A stretch of 64,000 nt of DNA from Mytilus edulis (GCF_963676685.1 NC_092347.1:90148001-90212000), one strand, 5' to 3'; counted from the stretch's first letter, positions 25,323-38,459 are shown. The notes: a model not told the origin generated them from the sequence alone. Numbers and translations: made by a program.

Positions 25323-25732
25323 TCTGAAAAAGATGAGGTATGTGTTTGCATTTCAAGGAAATATAAAACTAGTCTGATGATTTTTTTTCCAATACTCTTC
25401 AACGTTAAACGTTTCATTTCTGTTTATTCAAAACCATTAATTCAATATCAACATAAGAAGATGTGGTAGGATTGTAAGTGAGATAACGTTCTACCAGAGA
25501 CCAAATGACGTAATTGTTAACAACTATAAGTCCCAATGCGGCCTTCGACAAAGAGTAAAACCCATATGGTATATAAAGCAAGCTGTTAAAAGGTCCTGAC
25601 ATTATAGAGTTGACTTAGTGTAAAAATTCGTTACAAAATACGTTGCGTCAACTAAATAAATGTCATTCCTTTTTACAAGGATAACCTCAAGGGAATCTTT
25701 AGTAGAGCTATTAATGAGAATTTCTGGACTAA

Positions 25733-26245
25733 TTTTTATGCCCCACCTACGATAGTAGAGGGGCATTATGTTTTATGGTCTGTGCGTCCGTTCGTCCGTC
25801 TGTTCGTTCGTTTGTCGGTCTGTTCGTTCGTCCGTCCGTTCGTTCGTCCGTCTGTTCGTTCGTCGGTCTGTCCCGCTTCAGGTTAAAGTTTTTGGTCAAG
25901 GTAGTTTTTGATGAAGCTAAAGTCCAATCAACTTGAAAATTAGTACATATGTTCCTTATGATATGGTCTTTCTAATTTTAAAGACAAATTAAACTTTTGA
26001 CCCCAATTTCACGGTTCACTGAACATAGAAAAAGAAGTGCGAGTTTCAGGTTAAAGTTTTTGGTCAAGGTAGTTTTTGATGAAGTTGTAGTCCAATCAAC
26101 TTGAAACTCAGTACAAATGTTCCCTATGATATGATCTTTCTAATTTTTATGCCTAATCATATTTTTTACTCATTTTCACGGTCCATTGAACATGGAAAAT
26201 GATAGTGCGAGTGGGGCATCCGTGTACTTTGGACACATTCTTGTT
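25733..26245 (+). mobile_element. HINE/Helentron-like non-autonomous element in the 5'UTR intron
   Basis: T-run, subterminal IRs ATGCCCCAC / GTGGGGCAT, (GTCC/GTTC)n microsatellite, two ~169-bp core repeats (from 25877 and 26046), 3' hairpin GTGTAC..GGACAC. Confidence 0.8.
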
Positions 26246-27250
26246 GGTTATTAAAACACGTTTATAACAGACAAAAACTTTCGCTTGTTCGATCACATCC
26301 AGATATGCATATTTAAGTCTAAGATAAGGGTCACCTTATTTTAATACACTTTAACGGACGAAAGATCACTCGCGATCTTAACATTTAATAATTTTGATTA
26401 AAATGTATATATCAAGGTCATTTTTCATTGGTATAGATTTTTATCACATGATACATCACTTGAATGCGATACTCCATCTGTCTTCTTGAACTCAAACTTA
26501 AACAGAACAAAACTCAAACCTAAATAAGACGAAATTCAAAACTAAATAGAAAGAAAATCAAACCTAAACAGGACGAAACTCAGACCTGAAAATGAATATC
26601 CTGCGCTTTAAAGAGCTGGAAATAAATAATCTTGCACACAAGATAGGATGAAAATGAATAGTCTTCGACACAAAATATAGGAAACAATTGAGTACAAAAG
26701 TGAAAACAGAATCCCTAGAATATCATAAAAATAAAACGTACAAGTCTCTAGTGGAGAGTTTTCTCATTGGCATTTATTCACATCTTCTTTGTTATATTGA
26801 AATATAAATTATACATGTACTTCTTTTTCATCTTTTGTTTATCGTCTTTTTTTTAATTTCTAGAAATATGAAAGATATGTTAAAAAAACAAAAATTGTCT
26901 TTCGCCTTGTTAAAAAATCGAGGAAAATTGATTTATAAGACTTTTAAAAAATGTAGATGTCATGAATGCTAGATACTGTATTTGCAAAAAAATGCAAAAA
27001 AAAAATACTGTGAAAATAGCATCAGGTGAAAAAAATATATACTTCACTATATATTATTTAGATTTAAAATCCTTTGGATATTTCAGAACTTAACGTTTAT
27101 CAATGATTACAACGATGTATATATATATATAAGAACAGTGATGTTCTGTGCTTTATTTTACAATGCTAGTCCAAACTACATTTTTGTCATGATATTTAAA
27201 TGAAATAGTGGATATTGATATAAAAATAAAGAATATGTCTATTTACTTAC

Positions 27251-27296
27251 CTCTGTTTTGTATATGACTGAAACACTCGTACTTAGTCGTTAAATA
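27251..27296 (-). promoter_or_regulatory. Candidate core promoter and non-coding first exon of the secreted protein gene
   Basis: On minus: TATTTAA (27296-27290), initiator-like TCAGTC ~27 nt downstream (A at 27269), then donor GAG|GTAAGT at 27250. Confidence 0.45.
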
Positions 27297-28043
27297 ACTA
27301 GGTATTATATCACTCATATACGTTAATAAGGTCCTGTTGTAAATCTTGAGAATAACTTATTTAATTTTTAATATAAGTTAATAGTTCAATTATTTTTAAA
27401 CATCTTTATGTAATTTTGAATCCGTGATTGGTTTTAATATGTCTTTTGATCCGTTGAACGGACGGAAGCGCTCTATACATGTCCATTTGATATTGGATGT
27501 GTCCTGAATGAGATTTAAGTCATGTATAAATAGTTTTGTATTAGTTGTCATAATAATCAAACTTTTAGGCTCGTTTATCATTACATTGAAATCAAATAAA
27601 TCGAATTGATATCAAGCGATATCCAAATCTGACTCGCTATGAAACCTATTGTGATAGCCCAAGAATGATAGATCCCAAGATGGAGACAGAAAGGGAGGTC
27701 TTGTTTTCTGTCTTAGTCATTATGTAAAGACCTAATCCTGATAGACCTCCTACAACAGGACCTTCCGATTGGATATAAATATATGATGTGGTATGATTGC
27801 CAATGAGACAGCTCTCCACTAGAAGCCAAATGACAGTCACACAGAAATTAACCACTATAGGTCACCATATGGCCTCAACAATAAATCCAAACTGCTATGT
27901 AGTCAGCTATAAGAGGCCCCAAAATGACTTAATTGTAAAAGAAGAAAAACAAGAATAATTAAACTGTCAATTGTTCTTGAACAATTGAGAGGTCTTTCCT
28001 TTTTTAATGTAAAATACATGTTCCAACAGACGTAGAATGTATT

Positions 28044-28911
28044 GAAAAGGTCAAGGTCAACCTTAAAAAGCTCGAAAACACACTAAAAATCCTTTAAATA
28101 AGGTTAAAAACACTAAATTCGCTATCTGGGACATGACCTTGACCTTTGACCTTTTGACCTTTGTCAAGGTCATTGGTCCCCAATGCCATTACTGAAGACT
28201 CCAAGGGTCTAGGACCTTTGGTTATATAGTAAAAGCTGATTTTGTCTTTTCAAAAACCTAAAACAGGGGTTATGCCCCTTATAGAAAGGTCAAATCTCTT
28301 TGGTCAAAATGTAACAAAGTTGCGCCATAATGACCCAAACATTTTCCACCATTTAAAACTTCTGTAAGTATAATGGTTTCTGAGATTATCCCATAACAAG
28401 GTGTTAGGTCAAAGGTCAAGGTCAACATACAAATTTGACCTTGAGGTATTTTTTAAAGATACATGAAATGATGATGATTGGTGAAGATCCTATGTGTCTA
28501 CGACTTACGGTTTCTGAGTTTTGGTGGCCAACCGACACCGGTTAATTTTCATAGGGGCATAACCCTACCAATGAGTCGTTGAATCTTTTCGATCCAAATG
28601 TAACGAAGAACCGGGGTCTGGTCCTGAACAAATTTCACCCTTCATTTTTTTTCTACCTATTACGGTTACGGTGTTGGAACGATAACAAGGTTTTTGGGTT
28701 TCGGAGGGATTACTCCGAACCGACAAAATATTTCGACTCACAGGGTGAGTTCCAGATAGGTATTCATGACACCGATACAAAGTGTGAACATGAAAGCGAC
28801 ACGTCTTACGGTTACGGAGGGAAATTTTGTCAAAGTTTGGCGGAACAAGAAGAATAATAATCAGAAGAAATACAGTAAGGTCTTTCCCTTTAGTAAAAGG
28901 AAAGACCTTAA
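28044..28911. mobile_element. Helentron/HINE-like interspersed element
   Basis: Recurring AAGGTCAAGGTCA / TGACCTTGACCTT motifs, terminal (GAA)/(TAA) microsatellite and hairpin TAAGGTCTTTCC..GGAAAGACCTTA. Confidence 0.5.
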
Positions 28912-29481
28912 CTAATGACCTAATTTATGTACAAAATAATGAACAAAAAAACGAACATTTTTAAATACACAGCAACAAACGACAACCATTGAATTACAAG
29001 CTCCTGACTTGAGACAGGCACATACAGAATGTGGCATTGTTAAACTCGTTTGAAGGCGCCCCATAACCTAGGACGGTGTAACAGTGCAACAAACACACTA
29101 TTAAAATCAATTGAAAAAGGCTTAACTGATCAGATGGATACATCTAACTAAATAACAGTATACGTGGACGGGTACTTGTACGTCAACACAAGAGAAAGAC
29201 AAGTTACGTACAGATCTACCTAACCATGTATATATCGATACAGAATCAAATGTACAATACCGGTGTACACTGTCAATAAAAAGACATTTTAGGGTTTTAC
29301 AGTTCATACTTTTCAGGTTTTATTTAGTCCGATATCCGCAGTTAACAATATTTACACGATATTTACGTTTTAACGAATATTCGTCTATCCATCGATAACT
29401 GATCAGTGTATGTCGAAAAGTTTTAGGTTAAAACTATCTACTAATAATAGATAAGACCTTCCTTATTTGAGATCATCTACA

Positions 29482-29664
29482 ATGTGGACGTATAGTTTAG
29501 TTATAGTGCTTAACATCCAGATTTATTCTTGTAAACCAAGTTACAGAGATTACATTCCGAATGGATATATTGTTCCAAATCCTTGTTTTTCACCTGGAGT
29601 ATGGGATGCAGTCGGACATTACAACCCTGTACATCATACATTGATCAAGAATCAGTTTGGTGTA
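29482..29664 (+). CDS. Temptin-like secreted protein A, exon 1
   Basis: MWTYSLVIVLNIQIYSC signal-like start, then KPSYRDYIPNGYIVPNPC..W.AVGH.N......NQFG matching the temptin domain N-half. Donor GTGAGT at 29665, phase 0. Confidence 0.85.
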
Positions 29665-30586
29665 GTGAGTTTTTCAGAGAATTTATTATTATTTTGAGAA
29701 ATGTATTCCAATGTATTATACGTTAGAAACAGTTGTTTGGAAGGGTTGGTAAGCCATATCGACAAATGACTATGGGGGAAATATGAATTCTTTAGTGCCT
29801 TTGAAATCTGATCATTTACCACTTCCCAATATTTATTCCATGTAACAATGGTTTGGCAGAAACAATATAATGGTTATAAGGATCAACGGATATATTTGAT
29901 GTTCAGTAGTTGTCGTTTGTTGATGTGGTTCATTAGTGTTTCTCGTCTTTCATATATATTAGACCGTGGGTTTTCTCGTTCAAACAGTTGAATGGGGTTT
30001 TCTGTTTAAACATACGAATGGTTTTATACTAGTCATTTGTTGTGAAGGGGGAGGGGGGTCTTTTATAGCTTTCTGTTCAGTGTGAGCCATGGCTCCATGT
30101 TGAAGACCGTACTTTGACCTATTATGGTTTACTTTTACAAATTGTGACTGGGATTGAGAGTTGTCTCATGGGCACTTATACCAAATCTTCTTACATTTAT
30201 ATTTTATGAGTTTTTTTAACCCTTTGTACAGAGATTGTGGAATGCTTACCTCTCTATATAGATCTTTTCCATCCGTTCAATATGTTTTAACACCCTTATC
30301 ATTATTGATTTATTAACTTCTCCCTGCCGTGCTTTACTTGTTTTAAAAGACGGATATTACTTCCGACAAATGAGAAATCTTCTAGTTTAAACTGATGTTG
30401 ATACCTGGACCAATCGCTACAAATGGATAATTCGTTCTGGCTCCCGCACGAAATATCATATGCTCCTCTTGAACTGCTTCATTAATATATTAATATACAC
30501 CTTTTAGTAAACCGATTTGAAAAAAAGAACAGAACCAAACCGGTATCTAGATCAAGCTATATTGATGTCTCACGTCTAATCCATTA

Positions 30587-30834
30587 TGGGGCATCTGTTG
30601 CCGAGAGGTCTTTAATTCGGCATTCAACACTGTGGTTGCGAGTTCGATTCCCAAACGGGGCAGGTGCACTAGACTTCAATCTTTATCGACTAGGATTGTC
30701 CGTGGTTCTCTCCGGGCACTCCGGCTTTCTCCATCTATAAAAACTGACCGCCACGAAATATCACAGTAGTGTTAAACACCAATCAATCAATCAATCAATT
30801 AATTAATCAATCAATTAATTAATCAATCAATTAA
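30587..30834 (+). mobile_element. tRNA-derived SINE with V-like central domain
   Basis: A-box-like TTGCCGAGAGG, B-box GAGTTCGATTCC, core TCTCCGGGCACTCCGGCTTTCTCCA, (CAAT)n tail, 12-bp TSD TCTAATCC(A/C)TTA. Confidence 0.75.
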
Positions 30835-30861
30835 TCTAATCCCTTAAAGTTTTTTTTATAG

Positions 30862-31009
30862 GATTATGGGAGTGAAGCAAGATGGTCACACGGTCTTTGT
30901 CGTATGGATTCAGATCGAGACAATAAAACAAACGGAGAGGAACTAGGTGATCCTAATTGTGATTGGTTTACAGGAGAAATTCCTACTGTTAAACCTATAG
31001 GGCATCCGG
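30862..31009 (+). CDS. Temptin-like secreted protein A, exon 2
   Basis: Acceptor TTTTTTTATAG. Encodes DYGSEARWSHGLCRMDSDRDNKTNGEELGDPNCDWFTGEIPTVKPIGHP with the hallmark LC.MDSD.D..TNGEELGDP.C.W. Donor G|GTAAGT, phase 1. Confidence 0.88.
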
Positions 31010-31839
31010 GTAAGTAGATAATCATTTAAAACGTAAACTACACATACATTTTGACCTTAGTTCGTCCCCGAGAGTTTCACCATCCTAGAAGTCGGCACTT
31101 ATGTGTTTGCATGAGTTATTATTGGTATGGTCATAATTATGAATTTACTGTTTACAAACAAAGTGAATTTTTCGAAATATTAAGGGTTTAATACTCCAAA
31201 AAACATTTGGAATACCTGAGCTGTATTGAAAAAAACTGGTGGTGTTCTACTGTTTAAGGATGTTTGCTTGACATGTTTTGAAATTTTTGTCAGATTTTCG
31301 AAATCCTCTGGTTTTATCGATGTAAATGCCTTAAAAAAAATTGCCCATGAACCCCCATTTTTCTTTTTATAAATCTTTTAAATGTATAATTATAAGCCAT
31401 TTTATAAAAGTTTAATAAAATCTTATTTATTTTTTAATAGTTTTTGAGAACTTTAACTGGTCAATGATAAAGCTAAGAAAAGTCAAGAGAGAATATTTTC
31501 CCGCCAAAACTTCAATGGCTAATATCTCGAAAACAAGCACATTGACCCCTATATTATTTTTGCTTTTTTGATTCCTTAATTAATACCCTATCAATATATA
31601 CTAGTTTTAGGGATGTTTTATTATATATTCAATATGATTGAAACTTAATGAAGCTAAACACATATGAGCGAAGTTAAATGGCGTTTCTTAAAGTTGCTGT
31701 TGTTGATCGGTCATTTGCTGCAATTTATTAACCAAGTAGATTTCAGATTTTCGTACTATCTGAAGTATTATAAATTGATAACAATGTACTATTATTTTAC
31801 GGTCCAATGAGAACTTTTGAACGCATATCCTGATGAGAA

Positions 31840-32160
31840 CATCCCGCTAACATGTTTAACCCCGCCACATTATTTATGTATGTGCCTGTCCCAAGTCAGG
31901 AGCCTGTAATTCAGTGGTTGTCGTTTGTTTATGTGTTACATATTTGTTTTTCGTTCATTTTTTTACATAAATAATGCCGTTAGTTTTCTCGTTTGAATTG
32001 TTTTACATTTTCTTATTGGGGCCTATTATAGCTGACTATGCGGTATGGGCTTTGCTTATTGTTGAAGGCCGTACGGTTGCCTATAGTTGTTAATGTCTGT
32101 GTCATTTTGGTCTTTTGTGGATAGTTGTCTCATTGGCAATCATACCACATCTTCTTTTTT
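31840..32160 (+). repeat. High-copy interspersed repeat (SINE-like; representative copy)
   Basis: Ends ...GTTGTCTCATTGGCAATCATACCACATCTTCTTTTT. Related copies at ~1700-2095, 13955-14115, 22160-22320, 24175-24330, 25450-25600(-), 27780-27925(-), 29900-30195, 45645-45843 and 47090-47545. Confidence 0.75.
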
Positions 32161-32252
32161 ATAGTTATCTCATCTCAATGCCACATTATACGAACACAAT
32201 TTGCATATTATACAATTTCTGTCCTTGTCACTAACAATATTTTTTCTTGTAG

Positions 32253-32344
32253 GTATTTGTGAACCGGTTGGAAGTCCTTGGTGTATAAGGGAGCAGGGAT
32301 TCACATGCAATGACTTGGAGAACAGTGCCAATCTTAAGCCTTAA
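32253..32344 (+). CDS. Temptin-like secreted protein A, exon 3 (140 aa total)
   Basis: Acceptor TTTTTTCTTGTAG, (G)ICEPVGSPWCIREQGFTCNDLENSANLKP-stop, completes the HPGICEP motif. Confidence 0.85.
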
Positions 32345-33681
32345 AAATGATTATTGATCAAACAAATTTGTTTTTCGTGATATTAAATTCAAGATATTGA
32401 ATGATAAATGTATGACGTCTTATTGATGTGCAACAAATACGCATGAACATCAGCCAGTTCAAACAATAACCAAAGAAAAAATGATATTTGATTTATTTTG
32501 TATAATTTTTAGCGAAGCTTGGCTGCAGAAGAAACAGGGAAATGATTAAAAAAAATATGTAATAAAGCACAAAATAGATAATATGAAAAGGAGACTTTAA
32601 CACACTGGAATAAATTGATAATTTTTTTTCTTAATCAGTGAAATCAAGATTATATCGGCCATAGTTTCTTTAGATCCCGCAAAGTTCTAGTAAGCGGATT
32701 AATTCTCGAAATTTGAATTGAGGAAATGCTTTTATTACAGTGTTAATGGGGTAGCTTGTCTATGCTATAAATAAGTAAACAACAAAATGAGGAAAACTGA
32801 ATATGGTGAAGTGATAAAACATTTAGAATCTGGAAAGATATGATTGTGTTCTAGAATACAGACATGTAACCGTGTGCACTTTTATTTTATAACGGAAGAG
32901 GTAGTATTGAATGAACTTAAACGGAAATGCTTTAAACGCGTGTAAAATAGAACAATTCATAAGGAGATGAATACTGGGGGTTGTCTTTGGTATAAGCGAT
33001 TAGATGACAAAAGTATACAGTTACAAAAGTTAAGAATTTGTAGAAATATAGATATGGTCTAGAAAACAGACAGAAACCTATGTATATCGCAACAGAACAT
33101 ACACTAGTACTTCAAGATTATCTGTTACAGTATTGCTATGTACAATCTCGACAAATGAAGGTTAGATTATTCAACTTTTATTAAAAAGAATAATTGGCCT
33201 AAAAAGCAATATTATTGTATAGCAATATAATATTTCCCACAAAAGGTAACCAAAAGTTAGCGTGCAATAAATTCTAATATTGCACTAGTGCAATAAATCT
33301 TCAAAATCCAAGACGTCATCAACGACAAAATCTTAGTTTAAACCAATTTTTACTTTTAAATATTATATTGCTATACAATAAAAGGGTTATTTGCATGAAT
33401 ATTGGGAAATATTGTTCCTCGTAGAACATATATTGCACTCGCAAGCTCGTGCAATATAAAATTCTACTCGGGACAATATTCCCCAATTTTCATGCAATAA
33501 CTCTATATTATTATATCCAATAAAATTGAGTGGTTGATAAATTTAAAATCTAGGCTTGGGTTTTTCCCAAAAAAAATCCCTTTCCTTCGATAACTGATCA
33601 ATGCATGTCAAAAGATAAAGACATACGTAAGAACCGTCTAGGTACGATAGATAAGGCCTTTCTACTTACAGACAATATACA

Positions 33682-33864
33682 ATGTGGACGTGCGTTATAG
33701 TTATACTGGTTACTATCCAGATTTATTCATGTAAACCAAGTTACAGGGATTACATTCCAAATGGATACAATGTTCCTAATCCGTGTGTATCCCCCGGAGT
33801 GTGGAACGCAGTTGGACACTACAACCCACTGCATCATACACTTATCAAAAATAAGTTTGGTCGG
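33682..33864 (+). CDS. Temptin-like secreted protein B, exon 1
   Basis: Paralog of 29482-29664 with the same length and a GTGAGT donor at 33865. Confidence 0.85.
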
Positions 33865-34191
33865 GTGAGTTTTTCAATCTTAAATTAGAAATTAGTAAAA
33901 CTGTTTTTCTTCCATAGCATTACTTTTTCCCATTATTGGTGATTTTGTTTGAAAGGTAAAATGTTTAATCCACCATTTTCTGAATAAGAAAATGCCTGTA
34001 CCAAGTCAAGTATATGACAGTTGTTGTCTATTCGTTTGGTGTGCTTGAGCTTTTGATTTTGCCCATTTGGTTATAGTCTTTCCGTTTTGAATATTCCTCG
34101 GAGTTCAGTATTTTTGTGTTTTCACTTTTTATACATTTACTAGAGTATAACGTTTTACTTGAATTTAATGTAAATGGAAATTATTGCTTAA

Positions 34192-34453
34192 GGAAGCTGG
34201 CTTGTCATGTTTTGGATTTTTTGACAGATTTTCGGAATCCTCTGGTTTTATCCATTTGAAAGTCTGGAAAAAATTTGCCCGATGACCCCCATTTTTCTTT
34301 TTATAAATCTTTTACATGTATAATGATAAGCAATATGTAAAAGTCTTATAAATTTTTTTTATAAAAATTCTTTGGGTTCCTTTATTAACCCCCTATCTAT
34401 ATAAACTAGTGTTTTAAAAAGTTAATTACTTTAAAACTGAGAAGCGAACTTCC
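34192..34453. mobile_element. TTAA-flanked Kolobok-like MITE
   Basis: TTAA-GGAAGCTGGCTT ... AAGCGAACTTCC-TTAA. A related truncated copy starts at ~31255. Confidence 0.65.
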
Positions 34454-35589
34454 TTAAAGCCGTTTAACAATGGCAAAACATATGTTTACATTAGTTATCA
34501 TTGAATGGATTTGGGAAAATAACCAAATGAAATTGTATGTATCAAAGCAATTTGCATAAACGTAGAGAAATGTCAATGTTTACAAATAAGGTTTTCAGAT
34601 GTATTCTTATATACATTTAACTGTGACAACATGATATGCTAGGACCAATCACACAATTAAGCGAAAAGTAATTTATTGCTCAATTTTATGACAGATTGCC
34701 ATAGATAACGAGCTAAAAAAACTAATATTGTCCTTTTGATTTTTTTGGGTGGGTTTGATGTTCCTGTTGAAAGTTTTATTCAGAAAAGATATACGTAGGC
34801 ATGATATGTTTTTAATGGTTTTCAATGTAAGCGATTATCTTGAATACAGATAGATTTGGCAGTGTCTGCTTGTAATTAAAGACAATCTAGTTTTGTATTT
34901 AAATGTATGTAACATAATTCAACTGATGACGTGACTAGGTTAAGCGAGGTTTTATTTCTTTTAAGATAAATAGAAATCACAGAAAATGAAATATGAGGTC
35001 TTTTTCTGTCCCTTTAAGTCCCTAAGCTTCGGACGCGCTAAATTTAAAAACGTGTTGTTTGCTTATAAAATTATCCCTCGGATCATTATTTGTATACCTC
35101 GGTTATTGACTGCTATAACACCTTAGAAAATTTTGCCGGACATGTTTGAAGAAAAACACATCTGATGTCGAATTTGAGAACATACTTTTTTCTTTAGTAT
35201 GCTTGATTGATTGTTTATCGTATCTGATCAAACATGTTCACACAGCGAAGTAAAATATCGGATATTTTCGCTATTTTATGCATTTTATGCATTTTTTCTT
35301 TGATCTTTTTTGTGACAATTTTTCATATCATGCTACTTGCTTGAGATCGAAAATTATCGCTAGAAACTAAGGAGCCACGTGGCGTTGTTAATGAAATTGA
35401 CAATTTCGATATAGGTAAAACAGCGATAAACAGATTATCATTTGTCATCTCAACTCGATTGCTTTTATAGCTCTCGCCGTGCAACGTACAAACTATCAGA
35501 AACAATACACGTGTCACGCCCAAGCTGAATTAAAAGCCGTACCATCACTATTATAGACAGCATTGTGGTTGGTTAAGGGCTATAACTAA

Positions 35590-38455
35590 AGAATAAACAA
35601 CACGAACCCCACCAAAAACTAGGGGTGATCTCAGGTGCTCCGCAAGGGTAACAGATCCTGCTCCACATGTAGCACCCGTCGTGTTGCTTATGTTATAACA
35701 AATCCGGTTAATAGTCTCATTCGGTAGTTCACATTCACAAAATGGAAGGGGATTGTAGTTACGACGTAAGGAACATATCCGAAACAGTCAAACTAATAGA
35801 TTGAAAATAAACTTACAACGCCATGGCTAAAAAATAGAAAGACATACAGACAAATTATAATACACAAGACATAAAATAGAAAACTAAAGACTAAGCAGCA
35901 CGAACCCCCACAAAAAAGGCAGATCCTTCACCACATATGGCACCTGTCGTATTACTTATGTTATTACAAATCCGGTAAATAGTCCAATTCGGTAGGTCAC
36001 ATTCGTGAATAGGGTAGGGTATATTTGTTACGACGTAAGGAACATTTCCGATATCATCTGTGAAACGGTTATTCCATAGTGGTCAACCAACTCGTGATGG
36101 CGTCCGTAAAATTTACGAAATGATGATTTCAACTTCACCATTTGGAACTCTTGATTTAATAGCTTCCTTGTGAGCAACAACCCTCTATCAAGAAAAATCA
36201 TGATAGGAAATGCAAGCACGGGAATATCGTATCAATTGGGAGATATATACACTGTATGCAGGTGCTGCTGGATTGTTACTACTTAGAAATGGAAAGTTCA
36301 CATTTGGAAAGCTGAAATCATCTCTTTTGTCGTAAAGTTTTGTTTTCAAACGACCCTCATTGTCAATTTCTAGATATGAGTCAAGATATGAGACCGACTT
36401 AACTGTATCTGTTGTATCCTTTATCTCTAGCCCAATGGGATAGATGCATTCGACATAGTCACAAAATTTTGAATTATTCAGTGAAAGAACATAATCTATA
36501 TAGCGGAAAGTAGAGATAAAGGATATGGCTAACTTCTTATCTTTCTTCCTAAGAAGTTCCTGTATGAAGTCAGCCTCATAATAATAAAGAAACAAGTCGA
36601 CAAGAAGAGGGGCAAAATTGAAATGCCGATAGTCTGTTGAGTAACACGTCCTCCGAACGTAACAAATATGTTGTCAATCAGGAAATCAAGCATCTTGATA
36701 ATGTCAGTTTCAGAAAAATTTTTGTTTGAGTGATCCTTTACAAAGTAGGATTTATCCCTTCCCAAGACAAGATACTTGTATCTTAGTTGGCCATTCCTTT
36801 TTATGAAACAAAGCAATACCAACTCTTTCAATTTATCTTTTAGTTTGGAATGAGGAATACTTGAATAAAATGTAGAAAAGTCAAATGTTTTAATACTATT
36901 ACAGGATGAAAGAGCGTTAGATTGTATGTACTCTAAAAGATCATTGGAATTTTTAATTATCCACATCCGATTCACGCCACACTAGAATAGGCAGTTTCAC
37001 AATAACTTTGAAGTCCGTCTTAGATTGCTGATAAAATAGATGTTAATAATTTAGAAAGAGGTTTCGTGGAGCACTTGGAAGACCCAGCAATATTCCTTTG
37101 TTTGTAAGGACACTTATACAGTTAAGGTATTCAATACAGTGATTGGAAATCCATTTCATCATTATTAGTTGAAATTCCAAAGAAACATAAAACAGATCCA
37201 TGATTTTCCAGGATTTCCTCTTTGGTAAGTGTTGTGAGGATATATGTTGGGTTTCCAAGTAAAGTGTCAATACCTAATTCGTTTATCAAGCAGTAAATGT
37301 AATGAGTTTTACACACAAAAACGATGTTATTTGGGGCTTTATCTGCGGGGACAACAACATATTTGTCATGACGGTAGGATAAGTGTTTTGAAACATTAGG
37401 GTCTTTAAAGATTGACGTAGCATGGGCATTGATAGACGCATTCAGTTTATAACACTTCCGTACGAAATGTGTTATTGAGAGGTCCAAAATATCGTGAGCC
37501 GAAATCCATCAATTGAAAATACAACTTTAATTTTTTTATGGATTCAGTCAAGGATTATGTCAGACAGCGAGAGGGAAGACAAAGACAAAGACACTCTTTC
37601 CGAATGAATTAAGACAGTGAGGTCGTTGATACAAATCAGAATAAAGAAACTGGTAAGAACGTGGCCAGCCGGATTATATGTAAATTGGGAACTAGCACAA
37701 GTGCAATCAGCAGGTTTAGACTTGAAGTCGTCAAGACTGAGATCATACAAAACGTGCTTGTAATTGAAAATTTTAGTTGCAATAGGTTTGGTATAGGTAA
37801 AAGAAATGTTTGGTACAGAGTGGTCTTTGAAATAAGGAGGTATTTTCGATTGAACTTATTTATGATGAAGGATGTTGCCTAAGTTGGCGCCATCGAGACT
37901 TTTGTTGGCAAAGGAAAGATTAAGAAAAGATCCTTTCTCGTTTTCATCTTTTCCAATTTCCAATGCGGACTAGCTTGAAAAGTCTGTGACTTGCAATGTC
38001 CGAAATTATAGCTGTAAGTTTGTATTGGTTTGCATGAGGGTTTGTAACATTGGTTTCCAAACATTGGTTTCCAAACATAAATTGAACAGAGAATGAAGTT
38101 TTGAACGGGGTAATTATGAATAAGGCTTCGTGCGAATGTGATGAATACCTTACGGTTTTTGTATAAATGGCAGCAAGTCATTAATAGAGACATCATGCAG
38201 AGTACGTGATGTATAATGGCGATGACCATGATATGACTGCGTCTACGTCGAGGAGTAGAGTTGAAAATATTCATCACATTCACCGAGCTACACGATGGAC
38301 TAGATAGAACCTATACCATCAATTTTGTCATTGCAACCATATGGTGTTGCAGTTCCCAATTGTCTAACCCAGTAGTCCTCTTTTTGTCTACGGAGAGGCG
38401 TTGCAAGATAAGGATGGTTAGAACTATGGTATATTTTTTCGCTAATGCGTACTGT
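35590..38455 (-). mobile_element. Penelope-like retroelement (Naiad-type: GIY-YIG upstream of RT), degenerate, in temptin B intron 1
   Basis: RT motifs YWI..LHK, TFDFSTFY, FRYIDYV, YDKRDDFSF, YISQLIRYSRAC. Upstream remnant EKIY...RRQKEDYWVRQLGTATPYGCND is the C-terminal half of a GIY-YIG domain. Partly duplicated 3'UTR at 35590-36020. Confidence 0.8.
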
Positions 38456-38459
38456 TATA

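Noticed and set aside
30587-30660. tRNA gene
   Set aside because: The A and B boxes belong to a SINE head with TSD and microsatellite tail; no cloverleaf evident.
37495-37625. In-frame TGA codons in the PLE as possible selenocysteine
   Set aside because: They fall where Trp is expected (TGG to TGA decay) in a copy with many other lesions, and I could not identify a SECIS.
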